43,269 nucleotides of DNA from Nitrospira japonica. GTDB lineage: Bacteria; Nitrospirota; Thermodesulfovibrionia; Thermodesulfovibrionales; SM23-35. The position numbers and the translations under genes were made by a program. Positions 1-9,214 of this stretch are shown in pieces. The notes below the pieces were generated by a model. The model was not told where the DNA came from. It did not search any database and was given only the letters and a program-made list of their open reading frames with translations. How positions within the stretch are numbered: position 1 is the stretch's first letter; every line of letters starts with the position of its first letter. Location of the stretch: the NCBI GenBank assembly GCA_020725385.1, contig DYFC01000051.1, forward strand, positions 1 to 43,269, read 5' to 3'.

Positions 1-87
1 GGTATCGAAAAATAAATTTTCTCGCAACATCTGCATTACATTAATTGCATTTTTTGGATTAACCCGAATCTCAGGCAGTGACTTCAC
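1..87 (-). CDS. Possible 5' fragment of a gene running off the left edge (MKSLPEIRVNPKNAINVMQMLRENLFFDT...), function unknown
   Basis: GTG at 87-85 just downstream of the methionine synthase stop; frame stays open to the window edge (29 codons). Too short to identify. Confidence 0.4.
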   Translation of the reverse strand, partial: MKSLPEIRVNPKNAINVMQMLRENLFFDT

Positions 88-95
88 ATTTAGGT

Positions 96-1112
96 TTAAG
101 TATAGTTCTCCAAAAGCACTTCTTTTAATTCACCGAGTGTTTTAAATACTTTTTCTGCTTCTTCGATGCTGAGTGATCCTGTTCCGCAAGAAGGAGTTAG
201 CATGATTTGTGAAAGAAGTAAGTCCGAAGGCATTGTTTTTGTCAAAATCTCAAGTCCTTTGTCAAATCTTTGCTTTAAAGATTCTGAATTTTCATTATTG
301 ATTGCATCGGTTGTCGGTACAATGCCCCAAGCAAGATAGCCGCCTTCTTTTAAGAATTTTGTAAACTCTTCAGAATAAACAGGCAATGATTCGATGTAAT
401 CGTACGCATCAAAACTGATGATACCCGCTCCGCTGTTTATTACAAGTGACCAGTCTGCTTTGCTGCAGCAATGTATTCCGGATATGGCACCTGCATTTTT
501 TATGGCATCGGAAGTTTCTTTGAGAAGCCTTAAAGCTTCATCAGTATTTACACCAAGATATGAAGATGTGCCGAGTGCTGAAAGAACAGGTTCATCAATA
601 AATATAATTACATATTGTGCTAACGACTTAAGTTGCTGAACCTGCCATCTGATTTTTGCTTTAAGAGCAAGAAGGACAATTTCCCTAATTTCTTCATCGA
701 AATAAGCAGGTTTACCATTGTTGTCTTTTAATCCGAGAGTAAAAGTTAGAGGGCCGGTAATATGTCCTTTTAAAACAGCAAAATAAATTCCATTCATTAC
801 TCTCAAAAAAGTATAAAGACCTTTGGCAAAATCCTCTGAAACAGGAAGCATAAGGTCATCTGTATAAGACTCAAGAAATTTTGTGGCAGATTCGTAGTTA
901 TCCTTATCAATCCAGATTGATTTATTTTCGCTATCAATCTTAACAAGTGGTATCCCCTCTGAAAACTGAGGAATCATCAATTCTCTAAAAGACAAACGAG
1001 GGAATTGAGGCCAAAAAGGGACATCAAAAGAGTTGAGTATGATATTACATGCTGCTACAGCATCCGTGTGCGGCAGACTTCCAATTCCTGTAGTAACAAA
1101 TGGTATAAACAT
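96..1112 (-). CDS. Short 'core' methionine synthase (MetE C-terminal catalytic-domain-only, MesB-like)
   Basis: 338 aa; TGIGSLP, WPQFP, KGHITGP, IDEP, GIHCC, SFDAY, GIVPT and TPSCG motifs give the His/Cys/Asp/Cys zinc site; no N-terminal folate-binding half. Confidence 0.8.
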   Translation of the reverse strand: MFIPFVTTGIGSLPHTDAVAACNIILNSFDVPFWPQFPRLSFRELMIPQFSEGIPLVKIDSENKSIWIDKDNYESATKFLESYTDDLMLPVSEDFAKGLYTFLRVMNGIYFAVLKGHITGPLTFTLGLKDNNGKPAYFDEEIREIVLLALKAKIRWQVQQLKSLAQYVIIFIDEPVLSALGTSSYLGVNTDEALRLLKETSDAIKNAGAISGIHCCSKADWSLVINSGAGIISFDAYDYIESLPVYSEEFTKFLKEGGYLAWGIVPTTDAINNENSESLKQRFDKGLEILTKTMPSDLLLSQIMLTPSCGTGSLSIEEAEKVFKTLGELKEVLLENYT

Positions 1113-1159
1113 ATTAAATCCTTGATTGATTAATCTGGCTAAGATTCTAAGATTATTTT

Positions 1160-1193
1160 CTGGCAGGACAGGAGAATAATTATGTCCTGCCAG
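1160..1193. terminator. Stem-loop between the bS22-like gene and the methionine synthase
   Basis: Perfect 11-bp inverted repeat CTGGCAGGACA (1160-1170) / TGTCCTGCCAG (1183-1193), 12-nt loop; no clear U-tract on the minus strand, so terminator role is uncertain. Confidence 0.45.
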
Positions 1194-1273
1194 TATCCCG
1201 GGTTATTTTAAAAGTAGATAATTCAAATTTTTTCTTGTAAACATAATTTAGGTATATTTTCAACTTCAATATC

Positions 1274-1372
1274 CTATTTACTCTTTCTTCTCTGGAATTT
1301 GGTCTTTTTCCTGAGTTTCGCATGTTTATGTTTGCTCATTTTTTTCTTGCGCCACTTTTTAACGTTTCCCAC
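1274..1372 (-). CDS. Small basic ribosomal protein bS22 / mS38 (AURKAIP1/COX24 domain) family, 32 aa
   Basis: Not in the ORF track. Translated by hand: MGNVKKWRKKKMSKHKHAKLRKKTKFQRRKSK*; GTG start with AGGAGG 8 nt upstream; pattern resembles mycobacterial bS22 as I recall it ([21 protein letters not shown]...). Confidence 0.88.
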   Translation of the reverse strand: MGNVKKWRKKKMSKHKHAKLRKKTKFQRRKSK

Positions 1373-1426
1373 TCATCAACCCTCCTTTTGCATTTGAATA
1401 AGCGAAACAGGTCAGAAAAACATGGA

Positions 1427-4400
1427 TCATTTACTTTTCTTTCTATGTATATCTTTTGCCTGTTCCATAAAAGCTTCGATTTGTATCTCTGTAGTTACTG
1501 ATTCGGTACCATCATATGGAATACTTATAAACGGTATTCCGTAATCCCTGCTTACTCCGCGTAAAAGAGCAGTAACAATTGTGCCTGGCATACAGCCAAA
1601 AGGCATGGCATTTATTATACCCGAAGCACCTTTTTCTATCAGGTCAATGCTTTTACCTATGCTAAGTATAGCTTCACCTTCAAAAGAACTGTCAAGATAA
1701 GGTTTGGCCTTTTTAAGTATGTCTTTTGTTTCAGGTTCGCTAATTGTCCTTAAAAAGTCCCTAAAGTATTTTGAGAATTCATGCTCTATTTTTTGCTGAA
1801 AATATTTTTTCAGCAAAAAATTAATAATAACAGACTTTTGTCTTTTTAACAATGCTTTTCTTAAGCTTATGTAATTTACATAATATATCCATTCTTCAAC
1901 CGGAGCAAGCCAGACAATGCCGCCGAGTGATTCAATTTTTCTTACAAGGTCTTCATTCGAGAAACGGTGTGACCTAACGAATATTTCTCCGATTATTCCT
2001 ATTAGCGGTTTTTGTAAGTCTTTCTTCGGCACATGCATAAAATCGGTTTTTATCTCCATAAGTATGGTTCTCATATCACCGTTGTTTTGTCTGAGAGAAT
2101 TATAGAGTCTTTCAAGATGCTTATTGTATAAATTGTCAGAAGTTCCTAACTCAGCTTCAAAAGGTCTTGTCTCATGTAAACATTTTTTTAATAATTCAAT
2201 AGCTATAATTCCTTCCCATGCATATTTAGAAAAATCTTTTCCAACAATTCCAAGGTCAGAGTAAAATGTAGTATCCTGATTCGGAGCATATATCGGAACA
2301 TTTTTATATCCTAGATTGTCAAGAACAAGCCTGTGGAAAATATTATACTGCCCGAATCTGCATGGACCGGTACCTGAAGGCATGAAAAAAGCACTATTTT
2401 CAGGATGAAAATCCGGGGATAATACTTTTTTAACCATATCACCTGTTGTTACAGCGCAGGGATAGCATTCCTTACCAGATACAAATTTTTTACCGATGTC
2501 GATTGTCTGTCTGTCTGATTCAGGTAGAACCTCGGCATTAACTCCGCATCGTTCAAAAGCTGCAGCAAGTGCAAATGCATGGTCTGACATTCGCGGTATA
2601 TATATCTTCCACGAAGGCTTCCTATCAATAATATTTACTGGTGGAAAACTATCTTTAATGCGAGTTTTAGAATGTGGCATCAAATCTCTATTGGCTATAC
2701 TATCAAGAAAAGCTTCACATCTTGTTATTGCGCCGGCGTCAGCGCTGTGTTCATCTATTTCAATGTGTAAAAAAGGTTTATCACCCATTTCTTCTTTAAA
2801 ATATTTCAATATGAAAGAATCCGGACCACATAAAAAGTTACCTATGAATATTGGATAAAGATTCTTTGTTTCTTTTATAAATCTTGCAGCTTTAAGGATT
2901 CTCTGTCCAGAACGCCAGTACATATTAGGCCATTTGTCATGAATTTGATATTTTTCAAGTGGTAGGAAGTCGAAAGGAATTGAAAGCACATCCAGATTTG
3001 CAAGCTTTTTGTGAAGTTGTAAGTTTACACCGCTGTCGAATGAATTATAAGCTCTGCCTACTATCACAATTGTAGGATTTTCTATATTTGAAAGTATCTC
3101 TTTACCTTTTTCCATTATTGAGTGAGTGAATTCCTTTTGTGCAATCTCAGCTTTTTTCAAAGCTCTTATGATTTTGAGCTTGTTTACTCCGAATATTTTA
3201 AAAGACTTATAAATCTGACTTATTAAATGTTTTTTGCCAAGCCGTAAATTTATAATAGGCGATATAACTTTAATGTTCTCGAATGCTATGTTTGACATAT
3301 AAGGTATTGCCTGTGAATAAGGGCAACCAACTCCTTTATCCATAGGTTCTTCAGGTGAATTCAGGTTGACAAAACTCGGAATTAAAATAGCATCAACTTT
3401 CTGGTCAATAAGATACTGGATATGACCATGAGCAACCTTAACAGGGAAACAAGATTCGGCAAGTACTTTTTCGAGTCCGAGATTAACTATCTGACGATTT
3501 GTTTTGGGAGATACAACAACTTCAAACCCGAGTTCCCATAATAAAGTGCTCCAGAATGGCAGAAAATCATGGAAAAAGAAAATATATGGAATACCTATTT
3601 TTTTAGGAGATTTCCATTTGCCTTTAAGTAATTTTGTTATTTTATTTTTATTAGCGTTTAATTCTAAAGCATTCTGTCTTTTCAGGTGTTCTTTCAAGAG
3701 CATTTCTTCCCTGAATGAGAAAAGGTCAACCGGGGTTGGTTTATCCGTTTTTCTCACATCGTATTTTTCACATCTACCTCCATAAAATAGAAAACCCTGT
3801 TCCCCGGATATTTTAACCCTGTTTATTTCACAAACATTCGGGCAACCTTTACATTGGAATGAACTAATTTCATAAGGCTTTTTTGATAAATCAAACCCTT
3901 TAAAAGTTGAATATTTAAATGAATTTTCTTTCATATGTTTTTTTGCAATCAAAGCCATCCCGATAGCGCCTGTGACGTCATGGTGGGGAGGAATCGTAAT
4001 TTTTTTACCAAGATATTTTTCGAATGCTGCAGCAACTGATTTATTGAATGCTACCCCGCCTTGAAAGAAAATCTTATTACCTATTTTCTTTCCGGCAACA
4101 ACACGATTTATATAGTTCTGTACAATAGAATATGCAAGCCCTGCGAGAAGGTCATTTTTGTCGGCACCTTTTTGAAGATTTGCTATTAATGAATTTTCCA
4201 TAAAAACCGTGCATCTTTCGCCTAGTCTGCATGGATGTTTTGCAGATAACGCCCTATCCTGAAATTCATTTTTGATAGAAATCGAAAGTTTTTCTGCTTG
4301 CTCTTCAAGAAAAGAACCGGTGCCTGCAGCGCAGGCTTTGTTCATCTCAAAATCCACAATTATACCATTCTGAAGGGATATATATTTTGAGTCCTGTCCT

Positions 4401-5689
4401 CCTATTTCAAAAATTGTATCGACACTTCTATCAATATAAATGGCAGCAGTTGCCTGTGCTGTGATCTCATTTTTGACTATATCGGCACCTACAAAATCCG
4501 CAATCATATATCTACCGGAACCGGTTGTTCCAACACCACAAATATTAAAACTTCCTGCTACTTCATGTTCAATTTCCATGAGTCCCTGTCTTACTGCCTC
4601 GATAGGCCTACCGGCGGTCATCAGGTAACGTTTTGCAATAAGTTCCCCCTGCTCGTTAATAACGGCAAGATTTGTACTTATTGAACCTACATCTATCCCC
4701 ATATACGCTTTTTTTCTTTGTTCGGCCGGGCAGCGATTTATAATTGAAACAATGTCAGAATATGGCGATTCTGAATAAAATCTTATGTTCCCGAAATTGA
4801 GAGTCTCACCGGGATTTTTTAAAGGCGGGTGACTTCCGGAAAGAGGTTTATAAGAATTTAGATATTTTTCGAGCAGTGAAAGGTCGAAATAATTTACTTT
4901 TCTGTCCTTAATATCTTTCATAACAGCGCCGTATGCACCCATTAAAGCAAAGTCTTCAGGAACAATCAGTTCATCAAGGTCAAATATTTCTTTGAACGCA
5001 CGAATCATGCCTTTATTTGCAGCAACTCCTCCCTGAAAAGACACAGGAAGTAGCAATTTTCTTCCTCTTAAAATCGAGCCTTTGAAATTTCTTGCTACAG
5101 CAAAGCAAAGTCCTGCTACGATGTCTTCTACAGGGGTTGCTATTTGTTGCAAGTGTATCATATCTGATTTAGCAAATACGCTGCATCTTCCTGCAATTCT
5201 GGATGGTTTTTCAGATTTAAGCGCAAGTTCGCTGAATTCCTCTATTGTTAATTTAAGTCTTTCAGCCTGCTGGTCAAGAAAAGAACCTGTTCCAGCAGCG
5301 CATACCGAGTTCATAGAAAAGTCTGTTACAGTTTTAGTAAGTGGATCAATTAATATAAGTTTTGAATCTTCTCCTCCCATTTCAATAATAGTTCTTATTG
5401 AAGGGCAAACAAGGCTGGTAGCATTTGCTTGTGCAACAATTTCATTTACAGGTTCTATTTTTAAAATTGAAGCAAGCAATCTGCCCGCAGAACCTGTTAT
5501 GGATAGTGAGAAATTCTTTTCTGTATTTCCAGTACCTAATGATTCGTTAATTTCTCTTAGTAGTTTAAGAGCAACAGGCAAAGGGTGTCCTTTGTGCCTC
5601 TCATAATAACTTTTAATTTTTTTCCCCTGTTCATCAACGACAACATATTTTGCGCTGACCGAACCTATATCAAAACCGATAAATAGCAT
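1427..5689 (-). CDS. Four-domain CoA-substrate-specific enzyme activase/reductase (2x BadF/BadG/BcrA/BcrD ATPase + DUF2229 + 2-hydroxyacyl-CoA dehydratase-like); PlsA/Ger family candidate
   Basis: 1420 aa; two ASKHA repeats (GFDIGSVSAK..EMGGEDSK..CAAGTGSFLDQQA..RCSVF and GIDVGSISTN..EIGGQDSK..CAAGTGSFLEEQA..RCTVF), CKGCPNVC..GGRC linker, then SCFPVK, CGPDSF, ECYPC, GPCRFGQY, PFGCMPG. Confidence 0.85.
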   Translation of the reverse strand: MLFIGFDIGSVSAKYVVVDEQGKKIKSYYERHKGHPLPVALKLLREINESLGTGNTEKNFSLSITGSAGRLLASILKIEPVNEIVAQANATSLVCPSIRTIIEMGGEDSKLILIDPLTKTVTDFSMNSVCAAGTGSFLDQQAERLKLTIEEFSELALKSEKPSRIAGRCSVFAKSDMIHLQQIATPVEDIVAGLCFAVARNFKGSILRGRKLLLPVSFQGGVAANKGMIRAFKEIFDLDELIVPEDFALMGAYGAVMKDIKDRKVNYFDLSLLEKYLNSYKPLSGSHPPLKNPGETLNFGNIRFYSESPYSDIVSIINRCPAEQRKKAYMGIDVGSISTNLAVINEQGELIAKRYLMTAGRPIEAVRQGLMEIEHEVAGSFNICGVGTTGSGRYMIADFVGADIVKNEITAQATAAIYIDRSVDTIFEIGGQDSKYISLQNGIIVDFEMNKACAAGTGSFLEEQAEKLSISIKNEFQDRALSAKHPCRLGERCTVFMENSLIANLQKGADKNDLLAGLAYSIVQNYINRVVAGKKIGNKIFFQGGVAFNKSVAAAFEKYLGKKITIPPHHDVTGAIGMALIAKKHMKENSFKYSTFKGFDLSKKPYEISSFQCKGCPNVCEINRVKISGEQGFLFYGGRCEKYDVRKTDKPTPVDLFSFREEMLLKEHLKRQNALELNANKNKITKLLKGKWKSPKKIGIPYIFFFHDFLPFWSTLLWELGFEVVVSPKTNRQIVNLGLEKVLAESCFPVKVAHGHIQYLIDQKVDAILIPSFVNLNSPEEPMDKGVGCPYSQAIPYMSNIAFENIKVISPIINLRLGKKHLISQIYKSFKIFGVNKLKIIRALKKAEIAQKEFTHSIMEKGKEILSNIENPTIVIVGRAYNSFDSGVNLQLHKKLANLDVLSIPFDFLPLEKYQIHDKWPNMYWRSGQRILKAARFIKETKNLYPIFIGNFLCGPDSFILKYFKEEMGDKPFLHIEIDEHSADAGAITRCEAFLDSIANRDLMPHSKTRIKDSFPPVNIIDRKPSWKIYIPRMSDHAFALAAAFERCGVNAEVLPESDRQTIDIGKKFVSGKECYPCAVTTGDMVKKVLSPDFHPENSAFFMPSGTGPCRFGQYNIFHRLVLDNLGYKNVPIYAPNQDTTFYSDLGIVGKDFSKYAWEGIIAIELLKKCLHETRPFEAELGTSDNLYNKHLERLYNSLRQNNGDMRTILMEIKTDFMHVPKKDLQKPLIGIIGEIFVRSHRFSNEDLVRKIESLGGIVWLAPVEEWIYYVNYISLRKALLKRQKSVIINFLLKKYFQQKIEHEFSKYFRDFLRTISEPETKDILKKAKPYLDSSFEGEAILSIGKSIDLIEKGASGIINAMPFGCMPGTIVTALLRGVSRDYGIPFISIPYDGTESVTTEIQIEAFMEQAKDIHRKKSK

Positions 5690-5729
5690 AGTTGCTCCAA
5701 TTTTTTGAATTATACCACAAAGAATATTG

Positions 5730-6311
5730 TTATGGATTAAATACCCGCGGAATAAAACGGGCCGGTACTTTTTTATAGTATTCTATATAAGCTTTACCAA
5801 ATCGTTTAAGCATTTCTTTTTCTTCTAAAGGAATAATTATTAAATTTACTGCAAAAAAGTCTAATAAAGCAACCAGTCCTACAGATAAAAAACCTGTAAA
5901 TAGGAAAATACCCGAAAACATTAAAGTATGAGCCAGATAAGTCGGGTGTCTTACAATAGAAAAAGGACCTTTATCAATAATTTTATTCTTTATCTTAGGG
6001 AAAACCTCGGGCAGTCCTATGATAGTACCGGGTCCAAGAAGTTTTATTGTCCAGATTTGTAATATTATGCCTAATATTAATAAAAAGAGTCCCGCGATAT
6101 TTACATAAACTGGAAATTTAATAGCGAATTTCAAGAGAAATTCTCTGTAAATCCAAATAAGGTAAGCAACCGGAATCCATGTAAATCCGGGAATAATATA
6201 TGTAAAAAAACCGAGTCTTCTGAATAAACCTATACTAGAATGTAAAGGTATCCAGAAGAGTGGTATCACAGGCCAGAACATTAATGTTGCTATTGCCAGA
6301 AATTTATTCAT
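5730..6311 (-). CDS. Isoprenylcysteine carboxyl methyltransferase / phospholipid methyltransferase (ICMT/PEMT) family membrane protein
   Basis: 193 aa, several TM helices; GPFSIVRHPTY and EEKEMLKRFGKAYIEY..VPARFIP signature. Confidence 0.82.
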   Translation of the reverse strand: MNKFLAIATLMFWPVIPLFWIPLHSSIGLFRRLGFFTYIIPGFTWIPVAYLIWIYREFLLKFAIKFPVYVNIAGLFLLILGIILQIWTIKLLGPGTIIGLPEVFPKIKNKIIDKGPFSIVRHPTYLAHTLMFSGIFLFTGFLSVGLVALLDFFAVNLIIIPLEEKEMLKRFGKAYIEYYKKVPARFIPRVFNP

Positions 6312-7057
6312 ACAGTATTCAGAAAAGCGATAATATCTTCAATTTCCTCTTTTTTCAGGTATGAAAATGATGGCATGTCTTTATATGGTTGAATCAACTG
6401 TCCGGCAATTGTTTCAGGAGTTGCCTTTTTTCTACTTGTAGGCAGGAATTCATTTTTTAATATTCCTTTAAGTCCGGGCCCAACCAATATTTTTTCAGTG
6501 CTATAGTCATGACAAAAAATACATTTTGTTTCAAAAATCAATCTGCCTTTTTTAATACTTTTAGCATCACATTTCAAGGTTATATTCTTAGATAATTTAA
6601 TATCTTCTCTATTTTCCAACGGGGATGTAATCGAAGTTTTATTTAAGCCTATTTGTTTTAATAAAAAATAACCTCCAGAGGTTGCGAAACTTAGAAATGT
6701 AAAAATAACTATTAACAACCCTAATATCTTTACCTGACTGTAGAACTGTCTATAGATTTTTAGATAAGATATTTTAAGTAAAAAAAGCATAAGTATCGAG
6801 AAAGCAAATACAGTATGGAAAGTTGACCGTGGATTTAGTTCTGACTTTGTATCAACAATAAAATTAATACAAAGGTAAGAAATAATTATGTAAAGAAGAA
6901 AATATAATTTACCATTTATTCTATGTATTTTTTTTAATTCTTCAATGTTATATTTTCCTTCGGGTCTGCCTAATATCTCAAACATAGTAAAAAGAGCAAT
7001 TATTGATAGAAAAATTAAGAGAATTGAAAGAATAGATTTAACCATAAAAATTGACAT
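6308..7057 (-). CDS. Membrane protein (4 TM, DUF6529-like) fused to a C-terminal monoheme cytochrome c
   Basis: Four hydrophobic segments with two His (IHRING, FHTVF), then CIFCH..VGPGLKG..MPSF class I cytochrome c pattern; 4-bp overlap with the next gene. Confidence 0.78.
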   Translation of the reverse strand: MSIFMVKSILSILLIFLSIIALFTMFEILGRPEGKYNIEELKKIHRINGKLYFLLYIIISYLCINFIVDTKSELNPRSTFHTVFAFSILMLFLLKISYLKIYRQFYSQVKILGLLIVIFTFLSFATSGGYFLLKQIGLNKTSITSPLENREDIKLSKNITLKCDAKSIKKGRLIFETKCIFCHDYSTEKILVGPGLKGILKNEFLPTSRKKATPETIAGQLIQPYKDMPSFSYLKKEEIEDIIAFLNTV

Positions 7058-7102
7058 ATTAATCCTTTTTTAGAAAGAATATTTTTTAAAAAATTTTGGT
7101 GA

Positions 7103-7131
7103 GGGGATTTGTTCAGATTCTGCAAATCCCC
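7103..7131. terminator. Stem-loop downstream of the small cytochrome c gene
   Basis: GGGGATTTG (7103-7111) / CAAATCCCC (7123-7131) inverted repeat in the intergenic gap. Confidence 0.5.
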
Positions 7132-7156
7132 GGACAAAAAACTGTTTTTCAATAGA

Positions 7157-7501
7157 TTACTTCGTTTTTAGAGATTTAATATAGGATACAATATCAGCCA
7201 TCTCTGCTGATTTAACATCAATAGCTTTTCCTTTATTTGCCATTTCTATGCAAATATTGACTGCTTCTTCAAGAGATTTTTGAGTTTTTCCAAAAATGTT
7301 GAATTCTTTTTTATCAGCAGATTTTTCAAGTCCTCTGCCTTCGGGATGGCATGAATTACATGATTTTCCCGCAGTCCCTCCTGCAAACTTAATATCATTA
7401 AAGAGAGCTTTCCCTTTTACAATGTCTCCTGCTGCAAATGCGTAAGATATAACAAAACTGAAGACAATTAAAGATAATAAAGCGATTTTCAAAGTCTTCA
7501 T
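7157..7501 (-). CDS. Periplasmic monoheme cytochrome c (TsdA/SoxA-domain-like)
   Basis: 114 aa; Sec signal ending AFA; CNSCH heme motif; extra Cys in LEEAVNICIEM; GGAGG RBS upstream. Confidence 0.82.
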   Translation of the reverse strand: MKTLKIALLSLIVFSFVISYAFAAGDIVKGKALFNDIKFAGGTAGKSCNSCHPEGRGLEKSADKKEFNIFGKTQKSLEEAVNICIEMANKGKAIDVKSAEMADIVSYIKSLKTK

Positions 7502-7639
7502 CTTTATTCACCTCCCTTCTATATAAATGAGAAGATTACCTCATTTTCTGATACTTATTGATTTTAATTAGATCACTTAAATTTTAGGCTACTATCTCTA
7601 CCGATTTATAATTTAAAGAATATAATGGTATATCAATAT

Positions 7640-7655
7640 TGTCAAGGGTTTGACA
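7640..7655. promoter_or_regulatory. Palindromic TGTCAA-N4-TTGACA element in a divergent intergenic region (back-to-back -35 boxes or operator)
   Basis: Perfect inverted repeat; the minus-strand TTGACA is followed after 17 nt by TATTCT (7622-7617). Confidence 0.45.
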
Positions 7656-7739
7656 TAAAAAAGCATTATCAATAAATATCTTTGCAAACATTTATTTTCT
7701 GTGATAATCTGTATTTAATTTATTCAATGGAGGGTTAAA

Positions 7740-9188
7740 ATGAAAAAAGCGGCACTTTTCTTGTTTACAGGATTATTTTTTACTATTTTTATTTCATATG
7801 AATACGTCTTTGCTAAAGATTTGAAGACAACTACTTTTTCGACCGGTATTGAAGATCAGACAGGTGTTGCCATAACTATTTATAATGTAAATCTCGGGCT
7901 TGTAAAAGATCAAAGGGATATAAAGCTTCCCGAAGGCATGAATGAACTAAGATTTATGGATGTTGCATCAAAGATTATTCCAACAAGTGTATATATTAAA
8001 TCACTTGTAAATCCTCAAAGCCTTCATATACTTGAACAAAATTATGAATATGATCTGCTTAATCCACAAAAACTTCTTGATAAGTACGTAGGCCGAGAAA
8101 TAAAACTATTTTCAAAGAATCCCTATACTGAAAGAGAAGAAATAGTTAATGCAAAGCTTCTTTCTAATAACGGACAACCAATTTTTCAGATAGGAGATGA
8201 AATAACTTTCGGGCATCCCGGAAGAATTATATTCCCTGAAGTTCCGGAAAACCTCATTTCCAAGCCTACACTAATTTGGCTTCTCGAAAACACTCTCGGA
8301 TCCGGGCAAAAGGTTGAAGCAACATATCTAACAGATGGAATCAACTGGAGAGCCGATTATGTTGTTACTTTAAATGATAAAGATAATGAAGCAGATCTTT
8401 CTGGTTGGGTAACAATTGACAACAAAAGTGGTACTTCTTATAAAAATGCGAAGTTAAAGCTTGTTGCCGGTGATGTTAATAGAGTAACGGAAGAACCGGA
8501 ATATAGGGATAGAATGCTTAAATATGCTATGAAGGAAGCTGTACCTTCAGCACCTCAATTTAAGGAAGAAGAATTTTTTGAATATCATATTTATACATTG
8601 CAGAGGGAAACAACTCTAAAGGACAATCAGACTAAGCAGATAAATCTTGTTACAGCAGGCGGGATTCCTGTAAAGAAAGAACTCGTTTTTCATGGAAGTA
8701 AATATTATTACTACAGCCAATATACTGAATCAATGTCCAAGCAAAAAGTCGGAGTCTATATTGAGATTGAAAATAAAAAAGAAAATAATCTCGGTATTCC
8801 TCTGCCAAAAGGCATAGTTAGAGTTTATAAACATGATACCGAAGGTAGTCTTCAATTTGTTGGTGAAGATAGAATAGACCATACACCAAAAGACGAAAAG
8901 GTAAGGATTAAACTTGGCGATGCTTTTGATGTTGTCGCAACAAGGAAGCAGACAGACTGGAAAAAAATAGCTTATGATACCTATGAAGCAGCATTTGAGA
9001 TTTCGATCAGGAATCATAAAAAAGAAGATATTACTGTAAGAGTTTCTGAACCGATACCCGGTGATTGGACAATGTTGAATAGTTCGCATAATTATAGAAA
9101 GACTGAAGCATTTACTGCAGAATTTATTTTGCAGATACCAAAAGATAAAGAAACAAAGCTTACATACAGAGTTAGAATGAGATATTAA
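7740..9188 (+). CDS. DUF4139 (+DUF4140) domain exported protein
   Basis: 482 aa with signal peptide; VAITIYNVNLGLVKD, EQNYEYDL, YLTDGINWRADY, GIPLPKGIVRVY, FVGEDRIDHTP motifs; GGAGG RBS. Confidence 0.82.
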   Translation: MKKAALFLFTGLFFTIFISYEYVFAKDLKTTTFSTGIEDQTGVAITIYNVNLGLVKDQRDIKLPEGMNELRFMDVASKIIPTSVYIKSLVNPQSLHILEQNYEYDLLNPQKLLDKYVGREIKLFSKNPYTEREEIVNAKLLSNNGQPIFQIGDEITFGHPGRIIFPEVPENLISKPTLIWLLENTLGSGQKVEATYLTDGINWRADYVVTLNDKDNEADLSGWVTIDNKSGTSYKNAKLKLVAGDVNRVTEEPEYRDRMLKYAMKEAVPSAPQFKEEEFFEYHIYTLQRETTLKDNQTKQINLVTAGGIPVKKELVFHGSKYYYYSQYTESMSKQKVGVYIEIENKKENNLGIPLPKGIVRVYKHDTEGSLQFVGEDRIDHTPKDEKVRIKLGDAFDVVATRKQTDWKKIAYDTYEAAFEISIRNHKKEDITVRVSEPIPGDWTMLNSSHNYRKTEAFTAEFILQIPKDKETKLTYRVRMRY

Positions 9189-9214
9189 CACGGAAAATGT
9201 ATTTTTCAGTTTAA

